Shown here piece by piece: positions 43,311-53,791 of a stretch of 64,000 nucleotides of DNA (within the stretch, counting starts at the first letter, position 1; the number at the start of each line of letters is the position of its first letter). Both the position numbers and the translations under genes were made by a program. The notes beneath the pieces were generated by a model. That model was not told where the DNA came from. It did not search any database and worked only from the letters and a program-made list of their open reading frames with translations. The stretch is from assembly GCA_040954595.2 (NCBI GenBank), contig CM082590.2:5394001-5458000 (forward strand). The letters run 5' to 3'. The stretch comes from Balanoglossus misakiensis (Eukaryota > Animalia > Hemichordata).

Positions 43311-44562
43311 GTGTGAATATAGCATTGGCGCGCGAAGCGATCGAAACTTCCGCATTGAACGAGTCCTCCTACCCAGCGTTCCCGGATGTCATTGCCTGAG
43401 CATGCGTAGAAAATGTCGAGACAATCTGTCGCGCGACAGCGTACATGCCCGATTTGCTCGAGCGAACTAATTTTGGCTGTTCGGAGTTTTTCCACGTATT
43501 TCCTTCTAAAGTGGAGAGTGTGGTTCCGTCCGACCTCAGACATTTGCCGAGTGTGTTCAAGATTGGTTTATAAACGAACCAGATGTATTATTTGTGATTG
43601 AATTAGGCCTTTGCCCGCTGTCGCGTTGTACTCTGCTGCGCTAGCCGCCCTATATACTAGCTACAGGGAAGTGTGTTACGATGTACTGTACACAGGCACT
43701 CAAGACGATCGCTTCGCGATGGGGGGCTGCCGTTCGCAATGGGGTGGGGGTGGGGGGGGGGGGCTTCAGTACCCCTAAATATAAAAGGAGGTACGAAACG
43801 CCAGGCCAGGACAGGCCAGGATACTGACGAGAGCACAATGTTCAAGCGGGGATTTCGCTGAGAAAATTTCATTAAAACTTACCAAAATGCGGCGGGTAGA
43901 AGCTAACAAGTATATGTTTTGTGATCCATAGCAAAAAAAAACTCAATTTAAAGGCAAACTGCTCGAAATGTGGAGGTTTCGAGCGCGGTTCGAGCGACAC
44001 TTTCAACAGTGGACATTGTCGATGTCAGTATGGTCGCGGTCACTGAGGTTAGAGGTCAACTAATCGAGCCCTGGCTCCTGATTGGTCGAGAGCCTCAGTG
44101 ACGTAAATTTTGAATACGTCTTATGTTACAGGGGGTGCAGCCCTCATATTTGACTGAGAAGTCATCCATTGAAAAGCCATTCGCTCCTCGCCATCCGCCA
44201 GGACGAGTATGAAAAATTAAGTAGTGATTTGCTACGTGAATTGAATAAGTAAGAAGCGGTTTCATATCATTTGGGGGGGGGGGCCTGGTGGTGGAGCCAT
44301 TGTCAATTTTGAAGTGTTGGGTTACATCATTTTCTTATTTTTTTCGACTTGCCCTTCGGACACAGGTCAACAGCATGCCGGGAAAACCAGTAGTTTTTTC
44401 TGACAATAAAAAACACGGGACATGCACACTGGGTACTTTCACGGACACCTTTAAAAGTTCTTAAGGACTATTATTTTTCTGAAATGATGTCCCTGAAGCA
44501 CGTACTGCCTTAAATCCAGCATTACTAGTATTTCATGTTTTTCAGAGTTATGCTTATCTTTA

Positions 44563-44587
44563 CATAGACCTTTCTCTAGGGTCTATG
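44563..44587. mobile_element. 25-bp mini-element with 8-bp TIR CATAGACC and 7-bp TSD (P-superfamily-like footprint)
   Basis: ATCTTTA-CATAGACC-TTTCTCTAG-GGTCTATG-ATCTTTA. CA..TG termini with a 7-8 bp TSD are typical of the P superfamily. Confidence 0.7.
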
Positions 44588-45075
44588 ATCTTTAAACCTC
44601 CATTAGCTTTAACTTTTGCTAGTTGTACATATAACTGTGGGTGGGTGGGTTTAAGTTTATAATATATCCGTTACAGTCTATTGCTCAAATAATACATCAT
44701 TGAAAACATGCAACACAAACACAGAGAGAAATCTGCAGCTGCTTTCATATATTTATTGATCGTAATTAACATATTCGAAAACACATTATGACCAGTGATG
44801 TCATTGCACCAATAAATGTACATGTACACCACATTTCAGTAATTATTATATATTATCTACTAGCCATGAAGACATAAACTACCATCACATTTCTAAATCG
44901 CAACATTTAATACAATTCTATAGTATGTCTGTAGAGTCCATTAATCGTCTGAGTTACGTTGTCATCCGTAGATCCAAGTTAATGGTCAAAAAACAATCCG
45001 ACTGTAATTTAATGTGTTGATGTAACTCTTCTCATTTCGAGAAGGAATAAATGAACAACAACAGGGGTGAAGCGC

Positions 45076-46688
45076 TCAAATTTGACTTATTTTCTGAACC
45101 TTTAAAGGTTTGGGTGTAGTGAAATTAAAAGGCTGTGCCGCCCTTATACCAGCATTGGCTTTCTTAGCCGACGTACGGCTCGTTTGACTGAGCAAAACAC
45201 TGTTCACCCCCTTGGTATATTGGAGGTACGTAGGGTTGGTGTTCGAGCCGTTATGATTCGTCCTCTGCTGGCAGAAAAAGTTCTCAACGACGTCACTGTT
45301 GAGTCGACTCGGGAGTGTAGTCAGCGACTTAGCCGCCCTCTTCTCACAAATCTCGACGACTGCGGTCAGGCAGAACACAATGTCTTCACGTGTCTCATGT
45401 GACATCAGTCTTCTGGCCCTCTTGCTTTTGGTTGTTGTCTCGTCTGCCAACTCGTCTTTCTCCCACGATTGGAACCAATCTCTTGCCACGAGTAACTGCA
45501 ACAGCCTCCCATCATCACACCCTTTTACTTCCCTGTCGTCATTGAAAAATGACGCGATTTGACTGGTGTGGCGTAAGAATTCGATTGTGCCATTCAGTCG
45601 TGCCTGGCTATATCTGGATCGGGAAGACTTTGCTGGAAGCAAACCATTAGGTGGAGCATTTCACTGTCGAGGACCTGCTCAGCGAGATGGTTTCGCATTC
45701 CCGGGAAAATGTGTTCGGTTGTTAACCTGTGGTTGATTCTACACATTTCCGGGTTAACTTCTGTGTCCCACTTGTAGGCATCGCGCCAGTGTTGCCATTC
45801 AATATAAACACCATTCCATCGCAAATGCCTGGGATAGGTATCGCCTTCACCACTCTTCAGTACACTGTTCCTTAGTCTCTTAATTACATGTTTTGGATCC
45901 ATACACATTATAACGGTGTCAGAAGGACTGCAGAGGCGGTTCGGGGCGTGCATCTTTTCATCAAGTGGGTTTCCGTTGAAATTCATTTTCAGGAAAGAAC
46001 GATTTGCTGCGGCACCATCGAACATTGCTAAATCAACAGTAAAGCCCCAGTCTGTTAATTTATCAACAGCTTCCCAAAATAGAACGTAAAGATGATAGGC
46101 CTGAACTTGGCGAGTTGGAAAGTGCGCAAATAGGAAGGTGAAACCGGTAAAGCCCAGAAATTGAAATTGTAGAGTATGATTCGCAAGTACTCCTTTCTTG
46201 TATCCAGCCTTCATCACATCCATACTGGTACATTCGTCTCCGAGGTCTACATCACCAACTAGTTTACTAATGCCACCTCTGGTGTCAATCTGTAGATCCT
46301 CCTGGATGGCCATCTCATCTAGTATGATACCACCCGAGCCTCCAGATGGGAGGATGCTTTTCTCTGCAGCCGTGTCTTTCATCCACTGAAATATGTCGTC
46401 ATGAAACCCAGATTTTTTATCGATTCTGTTCTTGTACATCTGCAGACGTCTAGGGGAGGGGAGTAGAAGATGGCCGCTTTTCCTTATGTCTTCATAGCCC
46501 TGTGGCGTTCTAAGCCACAACTGTAGGCCGAATTTTATTGCATCTCTATCCCACCTTCTGCTGGTTGGTTTCACTGTGCTATTTTTAACCATCGACGAAA
46601 TCAGGCTGACTGCATTTTCTGGCAGGGTTTGCAGCACTTCACACAAACTATCACTTTTCGTTTCAGTGCCAGTCATCTTGCCAGTATC
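45076..46688 (-). pseudogene. P-element-superfamily (THAP9-like) DDE transposase, main exon, frameshifted at ~45605
   Basis: Motifs: RRW..GY..IR...LLLPSPRRL, IILDEMAIQEDL (first D), MFDGAAANR (second D), DPKHVIKRLRNS (DxxH), MRNHLAEQVL, and in the second frame RLNSDVVENFFCQQR..NGSNTNPT (catalytic E). The acceptor CTAATCTTTCTACATATTGCAG (with a CTAAT branch point) ends at 46689. Confidence 0.92.
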
Positions 46689-47386
46689 CTGCAATATGTA
46701 GAAAGATTAGGTGTTAAATTATGTTGATGTACATACTATATTAGCACATATAAAACATCGTGATTTCTCTATGGTAGTGATTTTTCTCGGCGTTTACATA
46801 TTATGTTCCATCGCCATTTGTCTTTTGTAAATTTACAAATACCATTATGGTTGTAGCGTTGCCCCCCCCCCCCCCCCCCCCCCGCCAAATGCAATAAATA
46901 AAATAAAATACGAACATACAACTTTTACTAGTATTATCTCACGGGTTTGTACGGCCGGAATTTATGGTGTAGACCCATGAACTTGAACTTTGCAGAAAAT
47001 GCACTTCAAGTTTTTTCGCTCACAAACATAACTTTCAATTTGGGTGAGAATATACATTTTCCTTCCGTGAGCGGGCGATTTTTCCTGATCTTTTGCGCCG
47101 CGGATCACGATATTCAACATGTTTGATATTTTTTTTCCTCGCGAGGAAAATTACTCAAGTCCACCGCACACGAGAGAAACTTGCTGAGCAAAATTCCTCG
47201 AATGACTTTTTGCTCAGCTTATTTCTCTCGTGTGCGGCAGCCTTTACCGATTGGCCGCGATCACATCATAACATGATCCGTTGATTACGCAGTTGATCCG
47301 TTTCCGATCTCCGTGTCCGATTCCGAGTTTTGAGCATCTATAGTATTTTAAAGATTTTTGACAAATTCACTGGACTCAAGTACACA

Positions 47387-47584
47387 ATGGATGCTATAAA
47401 CCTCTTGAATTTCGGACACAATATCCTGATAACAGGCCAAGCCGGTACAGGAAAAACTACTCTCGTCAAGAATATTCACAACCGTTATTCTGGAAAAAAG
47501 AGCATCTACGTGACAGCCTCCACTGGGATAGCAACTTTGCAGTACCCTCGGGCAATGACTGTACATGCTTGGGCAGGCTTGCGG
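47387..47584 (+). CDS. PIF1-family helicase exon 1 (Walker A, motifs Ia/Ib)
   Basis: NILITGQAGTGKTTL, VTASTGIA, TVHAWAG; donor CGG|GTAAGT. Confidence 0.9.
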
Positions 47585-47725
47585 GTAAGTTTTCATGATT
47601 GGTTTCACCAAAGCGTACTTTCGAAAGATTTCATCAAAACTGAACATGACAAAGTCCCAATGATCGCCAATGATGTCCACGGATGCGGGGGCCTCTTTGG
47701 ACAATAAAACCGATGTAAGGGTGAG

Positions 47726-49186
47726 ACTAAAACAAAGGAAAGCGAAGGACACGATTATCTGTATGCTTAAGGGCGAAGGACAGTAATATCTCCATATTTT
47801 AGGGCGAAGGACATCATTATCTCTATACGAAATGGTGAAGAACGGCATCTTTTTACTGAAGAGCGAATTTTGGACGAACAAATTCACGTGTATTTCCTCT
47901 AAGGCAGTGTTTGTTTATAACAGGTGTTTCGTGTAAACAGGACACCCTAGTTAAGATCTTGACAGTGATATCATAAACTCTGATCACATATATGACCTGG
48001 ATGTGTACTAACACAAAGTCTCCGGATGACTCATTTATTAGCCAATAACAATCTAGCTTTTATAAACTTTCCCGCCAAGATGAGCTATATAACATGTCGC
48101 TAATTCCTTTTCATTAGTACTTGTTTTGAGACCACTTTGGAGCACTTTCTGGGGATTGACTCTGAATGCATCCGGTCTTTCCACTTCTCTCATTTGAGTT
48201 GACACACTTTTCTGTAGCATACCAGCTTACGTAGCTATAGTAATGAAGTAGTAATAAAGTAGTTTGAATTGATTTGAAGTCTTCGTCTCCGCCATAGACT
48301 CTGTATACAAATCCCCAGACCACACAGACAATTCCCCCATGCACAGTTTTTTTTATTTTATTTGTCTATTCTATTCCGATGTTCAAGTGGGGTAATAAAG
48401 TACTACAAAACTATTTTCCTCCGTGGGAATGAGACAATGATGTCCTTCCGCCTAAAATATAGAAATATTACTGTCCTTCGCCATTTAGTATAGAGATAAT
48501 GTTATCCTTCGGCCTTTACCGTAGTTGCCCGGGTAAGAACCCCTGCTCGGACAAACTCCCCCCCCCCCTGGTTTTAGGGCCCATTTGTAGATCGAGGCCA
48601 TATCCGGTCTAAAGCCCCCCCCCCCCCCCCCCCGGCCGAATATCCATTAAATTCTTGGAAATTTAATAAAGTGCAATGCAAAAAAGGCGGATTTTCATCC
48701 CCAAAGTCACTAAAAGTGAAAAAAAAAATGTATGATGATTTACTTTCGCGCTGATTATCGTACCCACCGCGGCCGACTGGCCACGCTGAGTTATATATAG
48801 CCGCTCTAGAAAACATGACCTCAGACAGGTCCCTCGGGACCGTGCCTCGAATTCAACGATCACCTAGATGGACGCGCTGCCGCGTGTGAGGTCACCGGGG
48901 AGCTTTCCAAAGCGGCCGCGTGGAGCTGCTTCAGTCCGTCCTCGACGCGAAACACCCAACATTGGAAGTTACCGACTTGGACTCGGAGAATGAACCACTC
49001 AAAAATGTGCATAAAAGTCGAGGTGGCCATCCCTCATTTGCATAAATCTCGAGGCCATATCCGGGCTAAAGCCCCCCCCCCCCCCTGTTTTTTCGCTAAT
49101 CTGTTGGCCCAGCACCCGGGGCTCTTACCCGGGCAACTACGGTATTACTGAGATAATGCCGTCCCCTGCTTTCCTTCGTTTTAAGT
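47726..49186. mobile_element. TIR element with repeated GCGAAGGACA subterminal motifs, in PIF1 intron 1
   Basis: Left ACTAAAACAAAGGAAAGC plus three GCGAAGGACA (47726-47820). Inverted TGTCCTTC repeats at 48440-48512 and the right end GCTTTCCTTCGTTTTAAGT. Confidence 0.65.
48519..49142. mobile_element. Tc1/mariner-pogo-type MITE with TA TSD, nested in the previous element
   Basis: TA-CCGTAGTTGCCCGGGTAAGA ... TCTTACCCGGGCAACTACGG-TA; internal direct repeat TCGAGGCCATATCCGG.CTAAAGCCCCC at ~48592 and ~49049. Confidence 0.88.
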
Positions 49187-49251
49187 TATGTTCGATGTGA
49201 TGTCGAATCTTGTGGTTAACTTTATCCTTTTTCATAATTATTTCAATGAAG

Positions 49252-49357
49252 GATGGAATATATCTTACGCGAGTTGCTAAACACGGATCCCGCTTTTTAT
49301 GCTGCGAAGAATAGGATTTTGTCCACGGATATACTCATAATTGATGAGATATCGATG
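49252..49357 (+). CDS. PIF1-family helicase exon 2 (Walker B)
   Basis: RILSTDILIIDEISM then donor GTAAAT; frameshift near the exon start. Confidence 0.85.
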
Positions 49358-49511
49358 GTAAATATGAATATTGAAGCTTGCACTAGTTGTATTACGTTTT
49401 TATTATAAAGAGTCACAAGCTGCAAATTTTAGAGTTTTTATACACCTGCACATGTGTCGGTTTTATGATCATTTATGCATTATAAATAATATGCTGTACA
49501 TAATTCCGCAG

Positions 49512-49941
49512 ATAAGCAAGAAAATATACGAGCGAGTTGATGAAATCTGCAGAAAAATCAGAGGGTCAAGAGATTACTACGGTGGCATACAAATTGTTGC
49601 ATGTGGTGACTTCTATCAATTGCCGCCAGTAGCTAACCCACGATATGAAGACAGCAGTGAATTCTGTTTCATGTCGCACCTGTTCCGTCACCTGCATCAT
49701 ATAAACCTGCAGCAAGTACATCGACAAACAGATCCCCTTATGGTAAAAGCCGTACGAGAAACCGCCATAGGAAGTGTAAGCGAAGACACAGATAAATTGC
49801 TCAGGAGTCTCTCCCGGCCATTTCAAGATTGTGCCAGAGCAACCCATGTATTCCCAACCAATTTGGAAGTTGAAATGTTCAACGCAGAAAGACTTTTTGA
49901 AATGCCGGGAGATATGAAGACGTACGAGTCTAAAGATGAAG
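49512..49941 (+). CDS. PIF1-family helicase exon 3 (motifs III, IV)
   Basis: YGGIQIVACGDFYQLPPV, LQQVHRQTD, FPTNLEVEMFN; acceptor CCGCAG; non-canonical GC donor G|GCAAGT. Confidence 0.9.
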
Positions 49942-50308
49942 GCAAGTGAACATACGACCGTAGTTCATATCACCCCTCCCGTAACTTAAAAAACACGCAA
50001 AAGTGCATTCCAGATAAACCCCAGAAAATTAGTAACACAGTACGAAGGATGGGGAGTAAAATGACCGACATTATTTAGGAGCATTGGATGGTCGAAATAA
50101 ATATTTAGCCAAAACTTTGCAAAGTAAGCCTAATATTTGACTTGAAGACCCACGTGAGATTGATAAAACCAAATTGTTTACTTGAGTTTACGTTCGGTGG
50201 GTAGATTTTGCAACTAATTTGAATTGTCGCCCGTGTTTTCGTTTTGGTGTACTATATGAATGAAATATCGAAGATAAAATTTAAACATGTAACTGTTTTC
50301 ATTTCCAG

Positions 50309-50580
50309 GTGATAAACGATATCTCTAGTGTATTCAGATGTCAAGGCTGCTTGAAAGTTGGTGCGCCTGTAATGTTAATACGAAATCTGAGCCCGACGAT
50401 GGTAAACGGATTACAAGGTGTAGTTCGATAACGTAACCGTGTTCTTTGAAAATGGAATCGTACAAAAGGTGGAGGCCCACAATTTCGGTGTGTATTTACT
50501 TGGCCCAAAATCCACTGTGGCAAGTAGGACACAGATACCCCTCAAACTGGCATTCGCTCTTACTTTCCACAAAGCGCAAG
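50309..50580 (+). CDS. PIF1-family helicase exon 4 (degenerate; motif V)
   Basis: LKVGAPVMLIRNLSPTMVNGLQGVV and RTQIPLKLAFALTFHKAQG, with stops and frameshifts; TTTCCAG acceptor and G|GTAAAC donor. Confidence 0.88.
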
Positions 50581-50858
50581 GTAAACGGGTTTCTTATATG
50601 TGACGTACGTGTGTGAGTGTGTGTGTGTGTCTTACAGAGACCCTGGAGCGAGAGGATCTGTACGGTATGCGTGTTTCATATACTTTTACTATGAAACAGT
50701 AAGCCTTCGTTTCACCGATACAGTTGTAGCTTTATCAGCAAAACGGAAACTTGAAATTTTATCCAGTGATCTGGACAAATAGTACCGTAACGATATTTTC
50801 AAAGGACAAATTGAATTTCTTAAAGATATTTCCCTGTGCATTTATGTAGGTGGTTTAG

Positions 50859-51071
50859 GTCAGATACTTCAGCGAGTACAGGTTGATGCAAAGAAAGTGT
50901 TCCAGCCAGGACAATTAAGCGTTGGGCATGGAAGAGTGAAGTCGTCGGACGACCTCCGGGTAGTCAACTACCATAAATCGAGATGTTTACCACCCAGAAA
51001 GACCGTGTTTGATTTTTATGTAAGGAAACAACTACTTATACTGGATGACCTTTCTTGTTGTCATAAATCCG
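50859..51071 (+). CDS. PIF1-family helicase exon 5 (motif VI)
   Basis: GQILQRVQVDAKKVFQPGQLSVGHGRVKS corresponds to the F..GQ.YVALSR motif. Confidence 0.8.
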
Positions 51072-51392
51072 GTAGGTGGTTAAATAGTCAAGTTATCTGC
51101 AAAATGTATTTGCAGTCAAAAACAGACCCCGTAGCGAAATAGACAAGATGGGCGTGGACAGAAATTTTCGGCAAAGATCAAAGAAAACAACCGTGACATC
51201 GTCCAACATATGGCCTCCGTTCAGTTGGGATTGCAGTCGATGGTCAATAATCGATTTGTTTTTTCATCTGTCATTACGAAATGAAGCATGTTGCAAATGA
51301 ATCATACATTTAACACCAAAACCAAAGGTGTCATACATGTTCTTTAACAGTGTATTCGTAATTCTACCTTATCCTGAATGTTTTGTTTAAAG

Positions 51393-51539
51393 AAGATCAG
51401 ACTGAAGAAATAGATGATGATAACAAAGACCCAGGCGATGATGGCGCTATGGCAACACCCATTGTAGAAGACGGTAGTAGTGACGATGACAGTGATTTTA
51501 ATGATAAAGAACTGCAGGAAATTGACCTCCTGATGCAAG
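51393..51539 (+). CDS. Acidic linker exon 6
   Basis: EDQTEEIDDD...SSDDDSDFNDKELQEIDLLMQ; phase-1 AG acceptor and GTAATC donor. Confidence 0.6.
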
Positions 51540-51683
51540 GTAATCGAAAGCGATTTTTAGATCATAAAAATGTTACAGATTTTAGGTATTTTCGTATTGT
51601 AATATCATAAATTAGAAGAGTGCCTGGCTTCTTTTATTGTTCGACCCATATATAAAATTCATTATGGTAATTTCGTAATTCAG

Positions 51684-52947
51684 AAACTGGAGACATTCAA
51701 GTTGGCAGCCAGCAGCAATCGGTTGCTGGCGGCAGTTCCGATGACTCGCTCGGAACAACATCGAATGCTGGGCCAACTTGGAAGGATTCCGAGGCTGAAA
51801 CGCCTGCACTACAGCATAAAGCAAGCGAAATTAACGGTCGAGATGTGGTACTCAACCTCCAGTCCAAATTAACGTCGAACACAGAAAGAAGAAAAAAGAA
51901 AAGGGAAATTATGACCCGGTTGTTATTACGGGAAAACGAAGGCAAATTGCAATTTTTTTGTAATTTTATTACATCAAATATATATTGAGCAAGGTACAAT
52001 CTCTGGTAGAGCCGGACATAAAGGAGTTGACCTCTCCCCTCAAGACATATGATCGGTTTGTTAAATCCGATGAGTTCAACAATTCAGTCTGTGATCTCCT
52101 GGGACACCAACCGAACACGGACGAGTATGGCAGTGTAATGAACATTGCTGATGCACTCAGAGCAAGGGTGTTCAAACACGTAGAAGAGAAAATTCTACGG
52201 GATCAGGTAGAGAAAGTAGACATTCCGAGATCAGCGACATTCCGATCATCAGAAAGTGGGTTGGGAAAGCTGCGGTATCTGGGTGGCCGTTGTGTTGCCA
52301 AAGAAAAATATTCAGTCACTGCTGAATTGAGAAGAAATTTGTCTAGTGACCATGCTAAGTACGAGAAATGCAAAGCAACACTGGGTTTGTTAAGTATGTT
52401 AGAAGCTTCAGAGTCTGAGCTTCTCGAAACATCGTCTGAAAAATCTAGCTTGGAAGAGACAGTCAGGCGACAAAACATAAGACGGTCGCTTCAGCATATT
52501 TCTGACAATGCCTTTGACTTTTTTTGTCAAGTAGAAAGACGACGTGTGCAGTTGGAAAGCTTTGAAGCAGTCAATGTCTTTGGGGGCAAAGTTATTAGTC
52601 ACGCCGAAAATAAGTTGCTCGGTGACGTAAATTTGCAGAGTGCTTGGAAACGCCTGTTTGTTGACATAGAGTCTGGAGTAATAGTCGAATTGTTCAATGA
52701 TATTGTTCGGCGATATTTCCGCATCGCAAATAATCAATATAGGAAATCGCTGCTACATAAAATTGGTCGTGCAAAATCGTCAGCCCATCGCGTGGAAATC
52801 CAAAAAAGAAAAGCGATAAATGTCTCTACAACACAGTCAGTCACGGCCACCCAGTCGGCAAGTGCAGGACGGGTTGGGAAAGGGAAGGGCAAAGGAAAGG
52901 GTAAGGGAAAAACCATCAAGAAGAAGAGAGGGAGTTCAGAGAGCTAG
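51684..52947 (+). CDS. Exon 7: unknown helical domain plus GK-repeat basic tract
   Basis: Open frame from acceptor TTCAG|51684, an AT-slippage frameshift at ~51980, then the 320-aa ORF 51985-52947 (GKLRYLGGRCVAK..., GKGKGKGKGKG). Confidence 0.75.
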
Positions 52948-53112
52948 TGTTGCATGTGTGGGGATTCGTACGTCAGTGGAGAAGCGTGGATTCAGTGTGA
53001 TGCTTGTCTTGGGTGGCTGCACCAGGAATGTTCTGGTTTATCCCTCACTGAGTACATGGGACACGCAAATGATAGTGACCTTCCATTTAAATGTATGAGG
53101 TGTGGGGAATGA
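52948..53112 (+). CDS. C-terminal PHD finger (C4HC3), in frame after a premature TAG
   Basis: CCMCGDSYVSGEAWIQCDACLGWLHQECSGL...PFKCMRCGE*, in the same frame as the 51985-52947 ORF. Confidence 0.88.
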   Translation, partial: CCMCGDSYVSGEAWIQCDACLGWLHQECSGLSLTEYMGHANDSDLPFKCMRCGE

Positions 53113-53302
53113 ACTCCACTGTTGGTTTACATTTTGCACTGCCGATACATTTTATTTATTCACTGTATTTCATATTTTCAAGAAATTAAAGTCTTCTGTT
53201 TATGAAATGTACCATATGATCATATTAGTCTCTCCGGGATTCTACATCCACTATAGAACTATACGTAACATGCAAATCAATAATGTTCGATGCATTTGCA
53301 TT

Positions 53303-53771
53303 TAAATAATAACACATGATAGCGAGGGCAATATCACGATTTGAAGCCTGCACGAGGGATGGTGATCACCAGCCCGAGGGCAGACTTCAAATCGTGATGA
53401 TACCCGAGCATCATGTGTTATTAATTTTATTACGCCGAACATTTGAACGTACATACACTGTAGAATTGAAGAACGTAGGGTTGCGTCCATGTCGTACGTT
53501 GCTGACAATGTAAAATGTCTTGATCTCCCAAGAACTATACCTACTTCGAACTCAGATAATTTTGAGGATACTGCGCTGTTGGTTGCTATTTTGGTGTATT
53601 TACTGCCCGTTTGCAGTAAAATGTCGTCCAGTTGAACAGGTGTTAAGCCTATGTGTCGCTTTGAAGCCATAGATGCGGGAGTTGACTGATCATGGAGGAA
53701 GCCATTGAACGACAGTTTGGAACGCGCAGAAGTCGATAACGAATACGGTATAATACGTGAGGTGTAATAAT
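53303..53771 (-). mobile_element. Hairpin-ended non-autonomous element; second copy at 60340-60955 (+)
   Basis: Shares ATGGCTTCAAAGCGACACATAGGCTTAACA..GTTCAACTGGACGA.ATTTTACTGCAAACGG and both ends with the 60340 copy; hairpin at ~53308-53422. Confidence 0.85.
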
Positions 53772-53791
53772 CTATGATATGTTAGTCTTAC

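Larger units (their letters stand above)
47387..53112 (+). pseudogene. Seven-exon PIF1-family helicase - acidic linker - unknown domain - PHD finger fusion gene, inactivated
   Basis: Predicted exons 47387-47584, 49252-49357, 49512-49941, 50309-50580, 50859-51071, 51393-51539 and 51684-53112 have compatible splice phases. PIF1 motifs occur in order. Frameshifts at ~49270, ~50350, ~50430 and ~51980; nonsense TAG at ~50326 and 52945. Confidence 0.85.

Noticed and set aside
43600-45070. 3' TIR of the P element
   Set aside because: No partner terminus or TSD could be matched because the 5' end is truncated; the boundary is left uncalled.
45076-46694. Domesticated THAP9 gene or two separate genes
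   Set aside because: The two ORFs are halves of one transposase exon broken by a frameshift; no THAP domain is present in the window.
47735-47830. CRISPR-like regularly spaced repeats (GCGAAGGACA)
   Set aside because: Only three short copies with similar spacers, mirrored at the other end of a TIR element, in a eukaryotic context with no cas genes.
47387-51071. Helitron RepHel
   Set aside because: There is no HUH/Y2 Rep region before the helicase, the ATG lies directly ahead of Walker A, and no Helitron termini were seen.
47387-53112. Host PIF1 orthologue
   Set aside because: It lacks the N-terminal domain, has a diverged motif VI, carries a PHD fusion and multiple inactivating lesions, and is embedded in a transposon.
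53302-53670. 122-aa ORF as an extra transposase exon
   Set aside because: It belongs to a dispersed repeat with a second copy at 60340-60955.
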